From NCBI GenBank assembly GCA_949286245.1, contig CASECF010000076.1:1-54601 (forward strand): a stretch of 54,601 bases of DNA, read 5' to 3'. The stretch's first letter is position 1. Each line of letters begins with the position of its first letter. The DNA comes from an uncultured Alphaproteobacteria bacterium (GTDB lineage Bacteria > Pseudomonadota > Alphaproteobacteria > CAAHEQ01 > UBA3637). A program made the translations under genes and the position numbers. The notes beneath the pieces are model-generated. The model did no database searches and had not been told where the DNA came from. It saw only the letters and a program-made list of their open reading frames with translations. Shown here one piece after another: positions 47,435 through 54,601 of the stretch.

Positions 47435-49360
47435 TTAGGGCTCTTTTGTTTCCTTTAAAATCTGATGATAACGTCCATCCGGCTCTTTTTTAAATTCTTC
47501 CTGACCGAATCGATCCCATTTTAAAATCAGCATATTTTCATCAAATCGGATAACCGTTGCAAAATCTTTATATCCTGTATCTAACAAGCGATAGACCCGA
47601 TAAGGAGCGTTATGGACTAATTCAGCTCGCCAATAGCGATGTGTGATCGGAATAACAACCGGCTTAAATCCGGTATTAACAGGCAATAGATCAGGCTGAT
47701 ACTCTAAAATTCTATAGTCATCTATTTTTTGAATACGCTCTCTCAATTTTTGAACTGCCGGATTAATTTGAGCGGCGGCATTAATTTTTTCCATTACATC
47801 ATCGTCAATGACATAGAAATAGGAAGGATCTACGACATATCCGGATAAAAGCTCATCCCTTGTTTTATTGACTAAGTCATTTGTCTGTTTAGATGCTCTG
47901 TTTAAGAAGCCATAATTAACATTTTTATGATTTTTAAGAGCCCATCTCCACATATCTCGATAATTTTGATTATGCGAGAAAATAAAGATGTTTTGATATT
48001 GTTGATTCAAGCGATTCCATTCCGGAGATTTAAAATTAAATGTTGCCGGTTTTGTTGTCTCAACAAACTCTTTTTTCATTTGAAAAGTCGGGACTAAATC
48101 CCAAATCTGGATACACAAAAACAAAGGAAGTAAAAAATAAACAGCTTTCGGATAAACATCTTTCAATGTTTTAATTAAGAAGAAAGCCAACAAATACCAG
48201 ATTGGCCAAAAGAAACGCCCTGAATATCGAAATACACTTCCCAACCATTCAATAAACTCTCCCGGCTTATAATCCAGAAGAACCGTTGTCCCATATTTTA
48301 TTTGTGGAGATAATGCGAATAAGATAAATCCGATCAAAAGCAAGGCTAACATAGCATGTTTTTTTAAATTTTCTCGCGAAAATAAATCTTTGACCTGATA
48401 AATCAACAAGAGGAGCATCAAAAGGAGACCAAATCCGAAATAATTATCCGCATCAAAATCGGCTTTAGGCGTTAATGAGTTAAACACCTGTGATCGGCTC
48501 CAAAAAGGATTAAAAAGAGCCGTTAAGTTCAAACTTAATAAACGCCATCCTCCACTCGTCAGAATCTGCCCTTTTGTTAACATACCCAACAAATAGAACC
48601 AAAATACAAAAACAAATCCCAAAAAGAGCATTCCTTTTATCAGAGTCTTAATTGAGACTTCTTTTTCTACAAAAACCTTTTGATAAAACAATAAGAAGAA
48701 AAAGCCACTAATCATCGGCAAAAAATAAGGGCATGTTAAAAGAGCCATAGTTTCTAAAATACCCATATAAATCCAATCTCTGAAACACAACCGATTTTTG
48801 AAATACATCAAAATAGAAAACAATAAAATAAAGTGAGCCATCAAATTGATATGCACAAAAACACGCATATACATGATCGGGGCCGTCACAAAGAAAAAGG
48901 CGGCACACATAATCAAGAATTTACTTTTAAAAATCAGTCGGAAAATCAAAACAGAAACGACGGCCTGAAGGGTATAACAAATCAACATCCAAATTCCGAC
49001 AAATTGCACATCGGCAGCCAATCCGAAAAATTTATGAAAGATCTTAAAAATAAGAGAAAGCAATGGGCTTCCATCCGTTCCATGGACAGAAATACCAAAA
49101 GGATAAGCCAAATTCATATGTGTAAAAATCGGCCATCGCCACTCATCCAATCGATAGAAAACACTTCCTAAGTAGGAGACAGTAAAATCTCCCCCCTTGA
49201 CAACTAAATCCGTATTGTAAACATTTAGAGTTTCGAATCCGAATAAAAACAAAAAAGCACAAAACGTTGCCATCAGAACAGCAATAAAATCACTGTTATC
49301 ATATAACTTTGGAAACCGGTTTTGAAATTGATTAAAAAATTTTTCAATACTTTTAAACAT
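47435..49360 (-). CDS. Polytopic GT-C-like membrane glycosyltransferase (DUF6311/YfhO-like)
   Basis: GGDF...YRLDEWRWP...YPFG...TDGSPLL, many TM helices, FRYSGRFFWP; directly downstream of a GtrB-like gene. Confidence 0.75.
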   Translation of the reverse strand: MFKSIEKFFNQFQNRFPKLYDNSDFIAVLMATFCAFLFLFGFETLNVYNTDLVVKGGDFTVSYLGSVFYRLDEWRWPIFTHMNLAYPFGISVHGTDGSPLLSLIFKIFHKFFGLAADVQFVGIWMLICYTLQAVVSVLIFRLIFKSKFLIMCAAFFFVTAPIMYMRVFVHINLMAHFILLFSILMYFKNRLCFRDWIYMGILETMALLTCPYFLPMISGFFFLLFYQKVFVEKEVSIKTLIKGMLFLGFVFVFWFYLLGMLTKGQILTSGGWRLLSLNLTALFNPFWSRSQVFNSLTPKADFDADNYFGFGLLLMLLLLIYQVKDLFSRENLKKHAMLALLLIGFILFALSPQIKYGTTVLLDYKPGEFIEWLGSVFRYSGRFFWPIWYLLAFFLIKTLKDVYPKAVYFLLPLFLCIQIWDLVPTFQMKKEFVETTKPATFNFKSPEWNRLNQQYQNIFIFSHNQNYRDMWRWALKNHKNVNYGFLNRASKQTNDLVNKTRDELLSGYVVDPSYFYVIDDDVMEKINAAAQINPAVQKLRERIQKIDDYRILEYQPDLLPVNTGFKPVVIPITHRYWRAELVHNAPYRVYRLLDTGYKDFATVIRFDENMLILKWDRFGQEEFKKEPDGRYHQILKETKEP

Positions 49361-49381
49361 GGATAACCTACATTTTCTATG

Positions 49382-50326
49382 TTAAAAACGGACTTTGTTT
49401 TCAAAAGAGTTCTCTTCAATGATGTACAGTGGTCTTTTTTTAGTTTCAATAAAAATCAGACCGATATACTCTCCGATAATTCCCATAACGAAGAGTTGAA
49501 CACCGCCCAAAATCAAAAGGACGCTCATAATGGAAGCCCAACCGGAGATCACGGCACCATTCCATAACTTCATATAAAGGACATAAGTCGTAAACAAGCA
49601 TCCTAAAAAAGCTGTTATTACGCCCAAATAAGTGGCAATTCGCAATGGTTTGACACTAAATGAAACTGCTCCTACAAAAGCCAGTGCCAACATTTTTCGA
49701 ATTGTATAATGACTGTTTCCTGACAATCTTTTATTCGGTGTATAAACTAACGCCTTTTGTTTAAAACCGAGCCAAAAAATCATACCTCTTAAAAACAATG
49801 TTTTTTCATTAAGGTCTCGAACGGCATGAACCACTTTACGATCCAACAGACGGAAATCGGCCGTTCCGGAAGGTAATTTCAGTCCCGAAAAAAAACGAAA
49901 AACAAAATAATAGCAACGGGAACATAATTTCTTAATAAAAGACTGATTTTCCGAATCTTGTCGTATGGTATAGACAACATCATTCCCCTCCTCCCATAAC
50001 TCCACCATTTTGGGTATCAAATGAGGTGGGTGTTGCATATCGGCATCCATTGAAACAACACAATCGCCCGTTGCAAAATCCAGACCGGCTTTTAAAGCGA
50101 CCTGATGACCAAAATTGCGAGAAAAAGAAATAAATTGTATTTTTTTATCTTTTTTATTGAGTTCTCGGCATTTTTCCAATGTTAAATCCGTAGAACCATC
50201 ATTAACGAAAATAATTTCATAATCGTGATACTGTTTAAGAAGAGGCAATAAAGCCTCAGCTAACGGGGTAAGATTCTTTTCCTCGTTATATGCCGGTACA
50301 ACAATCGAAACTTTAAATTTTTTCAT
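49382..50326 (-). CDS. GtrB/ArnC-like GT2 bactoprenol glycosyltransferase
   Basis: SIVVPAYNEE, VNDGSTD, FSRNFGHQ, MDADMQHPP, DFRLLDRKV, two C-terminal TM helices, KKRPLYII. Confidence 0.93.
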   Translation of the reverse strand: MKKFKVSIVVPAYNEEKNLTPLAEALLPLLKQYHDYEIIFVNDGSTDLTLEKCRELNKKDKKIQFISFSRNFGHQVALKAGLDFATGDCVVSMDADMQHPPHLIPKMVELWEEGNDVVYTIRQDSENQSFIKKLCSRCYYFVFRFFSGLKLPSGTADFRLLDRKVVHAVRDLNEKTLFLRGMIFWLGFKQKALVYTPNKRLSGNSHYTIRKMLALAFVGAVSFSVKPLRIATYLGVITAFLGCLFTTYVLYMKLWNGAVISGWASIMSVLLILGGVQLFVMGIIGEYIGLIFIETKKRPLYIIEENSFENKVRF

Positions 50327-50401
50327 AAATTATTTTCGTTCAACAAAGATAAGCAGGCAAGGCTCAATCAAAAAATCATCTTTCTAAAAAAAGAAAACAA
50401 A

Positions 50402-50433
50402 TTTAAAATGGCCTGACAACAGACCATTTTAAA
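50402..50433. terminator. Terminator hairpin after ferredoxin
   Basis: tttaaaatggcctg-acaa-cagaccattttaaa. Confidence 0.65.
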
Positions 50434-50438
50434 CTCCG

Positions 50439-50672
50439 CTAAGCTGCCGGCCACTCTTTCGCATGTTCAGCATTAAATTGAATCCATTTTTCATCTGCCT
50501 CATCCGAAGAAGAAATGGCGCCCTGTGGACATTCGGAAATACATACGCCGCAATCGATACAGGTATCCGGATCAACAACGACCTGTTTCTCTCCTTCATG
50601 GAAAGCCGCAACGGGACAAACCTCAACGCAACTTTTACATAACACACAAGAATCATTAACAACTGATGGCAT
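50439..50672 (-). CDS. Dicluster 4Fe-4S ferredoxin
   Basis: CVLCKSCVEVCP and CIDCGVCISECP; AGGAGG RBS. Confidence 0.95.
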   Translation of the reverse strand: MPSVVNDSCVLCKSCVEVCPVAAFHEGEKQVVVDPDTCIDCGVCISECPQGAISSSDEADEKWIQFNAEHAKEWPAA

Positions 50673-50772
50673 TTTATCCTCCTTTTTCTTTCAGTTAAAA
50701 TAACGGATTCAATATATCAAATTTTATCAAAATAGCAAGTATAATCTCAAAAATTATTTTTTATAATTTTCA

Positions 50773-51603
50773 TTAGAGATCCGGTTTTAAAACTCGCGGC
50801 ACATCCCAAAAAGTTTCTTCCGGATGGATGGGTACATATAGAATATTATATGAATAGACCATGAGGCCCAATGGATTAGCCGGCGTCTTATTATTATTGA
50901 AGCTGGCTCTTAACAACACTTTATAGCGATTTCTTTTAAAGGCATGAGTTTCCTTACATGCCAAACACTCTTTGGAATTATCCTGACAATTTCCGCAAAT
51001 CGGATCAAACGGATCCGGAATCGGCAAATCAAATGTATCAAACACACCCTCCCACAAAGTACCCTGTACACGTTTAAATTCATACAAGTGAACATCTCTG
51101 ACAAACCCATTTGCTCTTGATGCTCGATAAGCAGCATCAGCTTCACTTCTGAAAGGTTGATAAATAGAAGAATAATGTGAAAATTGTGCAATCGGCCCCC
51201 CCACATCCCACATGGACTGCATATAGGAATTATCCCAAACAATACGGTGTCGATTATAGATATAGTCTCTTAATAAAGACTCCATCATCAATTCTAAAGC
51301 GTCTATTCTTCTTTGAGCATGTTCCGATGGGACAAGGACCTTTCGTCCCGAATCGATCGAAAATAAATTAACAACTCGATTATTGGCAATAGAAACATCC
51401 ACCCGTTCGGCAAAATAGATATACAGTCCGCCGATAGCAATCATAAAGCCGATACTGATTAAAATAAAGATAGCCAAAACGCGCGATGTTTTCATATAAC
51501 GTCGTTCCGGCAAGGCGCGGACCTGCATATGTTCCGGATAAACGCCAAGAACATCGGGAGAGTTGTGTTTTTTAGGACTGAAAAAGGATTTGATAGAGAA
51601 CAT
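50773..51603 (-). CDS. VirB8-like type IV secretion inner-membrane protein with Cys-rich insertion
   Basis: Cytoplasmic N-terminus, one TM helix, LLRDYIYNRH helix, C-terminal NPLGLMVYSY (VirB8 NPxG signature); CGNC...CLAC insertion. Confidence 0.7.
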   Translation of the reverse strand: MFSIKSFFSPKKHNSPDVLGVYPEHMQVRALPERRYMKTSRVLAIFILISIGFMIAIGGLYIYFAERVDVSIANNRVVNLFSIDSGRKVLVPSEHAQRRIDALELMMESLLRDYIYNRHRIVWDNSYMQSMWDVGGPIAQFSHYSSIYQPFRSEADAAYRASRANGFVRDVHLYEFKRVQGTLWEGVFDTFDLPIPDPFDPICGNCQDNSKECLACKETHAFKRNRYKVLLRASFNNNKTPANPLGLMVYSYNILYVPIHPEETFWDVPRVLKPDL

Positions 51604-51613
51604 ATTATCGCTC

Positions 51614-52471
51614 CTATTGATTTTTTAAGATCTGTTGTGTTGCATAACCACCAATTCTTCTAATCATCTGAATATTTTTTTCATATAATGATTGAAGCAA
51701 AATCATACGATCTTCTTCCAATGTAATATACCCTTCAAGCTCTACGGCAAACAAATAAATTCGAGACAAATGATAAGCCGGCCAAACTTGCGTGACACGG
51801 AATCCGACATTTTCAAAAATGTATTTCAAAGAGCCGATACTGGTTGTGACAGACATTTCAATTGCGATTAAAGAACGATCATTTCCCGTTGAGCGAGAGG
51901 GAGATTTACTTACAACAAATCCCTCATTTTGAACCACATCATCGATGTTTTTTATAAAGGGAAGTTTGGCAACAATCATTAAATCCCGATGTTCTTTTGC
52001 TCCCAATCCGGTCCACCATGATTCTTCAGACTGTTCAAACAAGGGTAAAATAGCAGCTCCCACTTCCCCCACGTCTACTTTTTGCATGGCCTGACTAACA
52101 CTGACACAAGAAAAATATCGGCAATTTGTTCCGAAATAATCTTTAGCTAAATCGATCATCTCACGCGATCGTTCTTTTGTATAAACGGCGATCGAAAAGG
52201 GTTTAACGATTTGCTCACAAACAGAAAGGATCTCACGCCATATTTTCACCAAAACGCCATCTCCCATAATGCCTTTACTCTTTTTTAAAAGCATCCGAAT
52301 AGCCATGGCCTCCTCATCCGGATTGTATGCGACTTGCTTTGAAGACAAATCCAAAAGAGAAGCTCTTTTTTTAGCAAGTGAAAATCTCTTTTCCAGAAGC
52401 TTTAAAATATCCTGATCTATAAGTTCTATTTTATCGAGAAGAGCATGAAGATCCTTCGGAGAAGCTACCAT
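51614..52471 (-). CDS. Chorismate mutase-like protein (AroQ plus degenerate prephenate-dehydratase/ACT-like region), catalytic residues substituted
   Basis: IELIDQDILKLLEKR, KIWREI, AKDYFG, AAILP, WW, IVAKLPF, DRSL, IGGYA follow the alphaproteobacterial CM architecture. Confidence 0.8.
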   Translation of the reverse strand: MVASPKDLHALLDKIELIDQDILKLLEKRFSLAKKRASLLDLSSKQVAYNPDEEAMAIRMLLKKSKGIMGDGVLVKIWREILSVCEQIVKPFSIAVYTKERSREMIDLAKDYFGTNCRYFSCVSVSQAMQKVDVGEVGAAILPLFEQSEESWWTGLGAKEHRDLMIVAKLPFIKNIDDVVQNEGFVVSKSPSRSTGNDRSLIAIEMSVTTSIGSLKYIFENVGFRVTQVWPAYHLSRIYLFAVELEGYITLEEDRMILLQSLYEKNIQMIRRIGGYATQQILKNQ

Positions 52472-52921
52472 TTAATAACCTCGACTATTTTTAGCCACGG
52501 AAATATCAAAAATCACATCCGTTCCACTCACTTTAGTTGAGGATAACGATATGGTTGCGATTCGAGTATCTTTTGAGAATGTCAGATAGCTATTGATCGA
52601 GCGAATAGCAGTTAACTCTTTCCAACCGAATTTAGGCATTTCCTGCATATAAAAATCAAACATATTTGCTTGATTATAGGGGGCATTAAAAGCCAAACGA
52701 CCAATTAATGGTTCGTTTCCGAACATCAATGTTTTTTCTAAATCCATTGTTGCCTTTTCAGGAATAGGAATTTCTCTAAATTGAGCGAAATTCGGTTTAG
52801 ATTGCATTGTTCCATTCTCAAATGTTTTCTCTGACTTAAAAGACGGTTGTAATTCTTCATAATTACAAGCGGTTAAAAATCCCATAAATAAAAAAAGTGC
52901 AAGAAAAAATGACTGTTTCAT
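52472..52921 (-). CDS. Hypothetical lipoprotein
   Basis: Lipobox LTAC; FREIPIP...MD...GRL...FDFYMQEMPKFGW; stop abuts the next start. Confidence 0.8.
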   Translation of the reverse strand: MKQSFFLALFLFMGFLTACNYEELQPSFKSEKTFENGTMQSKPNFAQFREIPIPEKATMDLEKTLMFGNEPLIGRLAFNAPYNQANMFDFYMQEMPKFGWKELTAIRSINSYLTFSKDTRIATISLSSTKVSGTDVIFDISVAKNSRGY

Positions 52922-53907
52922 AACAAGACCCTTTCACATGATTTTCAAATCATAGAATAAAGCAAATAAAAAAGCAAGTATATATCTCCTAAAAGAATTA
53001 GAAAGAACAGGTATTTTATTAAAAATAGAGGAAGGAATGGGAAATAGGAACAGTAGAAAAGATATGTGATCGGGAATAATTTTTTTACTCAATCAATGAA
53101 ATGGAGAAATTTATCATAAAGGGTTTTAAATTTTTCATTAAAAAAGGGAAATACGTAAAAAATCGTAATGTTAAGAAAGAAAAAATCAGCTTGACCAGCA
53201 GGAGATAAAATTCTTAAAAGAATAAAACTTTAGATAATAGATGAAAGATTATTAAGACTAGGAAAAAAAGTTTTGAGGATCAGGAGGAATTAAGCTCAAA
53301 ATAAAAAGGGACTTCACAAGATTATCATTTGTTAGTTAAAACTATACAAGAATTTAAATTTTGAACATTCAAATTACCAACAATTTACAAAAAATACACT
53401 TGTTTTCTATACACTCTCTCAACCTATTCCCATAAATATTTTAATCACATCAACTCACCCTCATCAAAAAAGCGTCCGAAGACTTCTTCGGGGGCTTTAA
53501 AACATGATACAACATTAATATCTATAAAAATTTAAAATAAAAGATATATAAGAAGGATCTCTAAAATCGCCTATAAACTTATTTCCGGCAATTGATTTAA
53601 TGGCCTTAAAAGTTCCTTCACTGAGATTGCGTCCCCAAACAACCACCTCGCCATCTTGATATCCCCTCATACCCCATGCCCCACCAACATCTTGGCTACT
53701 GGTCGCTTCACTCAATCCACCCGTTAAATACCCAATATCTAAATATCACTCCTCCATGAAGAAAAACTTAAATCAAAAACAAAAAACTATCCGGAGAAAA
53801 ATTAAAAAATAAATTAAAAATTGATTAAACAAAAACCGCTTCTTCAAGAGTAATTAAATTTCAAAACATATACTACCCCAAAAATAATCTTAAAGATTAA
53901 AATATAC

Positions 53908-53934
53908 AAAAAGAGATCCGCTTCAACGGATCTC
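53908..53934 (-). terminator. rRNA operon terminator
   Basis: gagatccg-cttcaa-cggatctc with an A run on + (U tail on -), about 65 bp downstream of 5S. Confidence 0.75.
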
Positions 53935-54000
53935 GAAAGGAGGCAATATGAAGATGATAAAAGAATAAACAAGAAGCATAACGATAAGGAGTATATAGAA

Positions 54001-54118
54001 GGTCTGGCAGTGACCTACTCTTCCACAGCTTAAGCTGAAGTACCATTGGCGCAGAACAGTTTCACGGCCGAGTTCGGAATGGGATCGGGTGGGACCTGTC
54101 CGCAATAGCCACCAGACC
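54001..54118 (-). rRNA. rrf: 5S rRNA
   Basis: Minus strand contains cacccgatcccattccgaactcggccgtgaaa and gagtaggtcactgccag; ends pair (ggtctgg/ccagacc). Confidence 0.97.
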
Positions 54119-54211
54119 ATCTATACACTCCAAAAAAGTCTTTAATCATTAAATAAAGAACCCAAACAAAGTAAAGTTTTAAATACGCATAGCGCAAAGA
54201 CTAAATCTTTG

Positions 54212-54601
<390 letters not shown>

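Noticed and set aside
53831-53844. 14 bp match (aaaaaccgcttctt) to the rplS terminator at 223-236
   Set aside because: It is short and A/T-rich with no complementary arm, so it is likely chance.
53923-54120. 65 aa ORF
   Set aside because: It is a translation of the 5S rRNA gene.

Overview
AT-rich bacterial chromosome segment, very probably from a reduced alphaproteobacterium. Evidence: the gene orders ffh-rpsP-rimM-trmD-rplS, recA-alaS and rimP-nusA-ylxR-infB-rbfA-truB-rpsO-pnp; a perfect alphaproteobacterial LexA box (GAAC-N7-GAAC) at recA; NusA with C-terminal duplications; and a YlxR-L7Ae fusion. A host-associated lifestyle is inference only. The left ~20 kb is housekeeping, interrupted by a decayed IS200 sitting inside a duplicated alaS 3' end. 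The right ~35 kb mixes housekeeping genes (lgt, pgeF, rlmE, rsmB-like, cvrA, RND pump, uvrA, ferredoxin, 3' end of an rRNA operon) with envelope/interaction genes. Best leads: (1) a dispersed surface-display system, made of a non-canonical prepilin (Arg at +1) with a 28-Cys body and C-type-lectin-like tip, a lipoprotein carrying a similar Cys module, and an orphan PilT-like ATPase; (2) an operon of lipoprotein + catalytically dead chorismate-mutase homologue + VirB8-like protein with a CxxC...CxxC insertion, plus scattered pseudo-enzymes (Fic lacking its catalytic His, three GNATs with broken acetyl-CoA loops), several with Arg-bearing C-termini, which are candidate T4SS substrates; (3) repeated local tandem duplications, several copying gene 3' ends just downstream of the gene; (4) a membrane-anchored CgtA/GT82-like glycosyltransferase. 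No CRISPR array, tRNA, integrase or reverse transcriptase was found. All family calls come from motif recognition by eye, not database searches.
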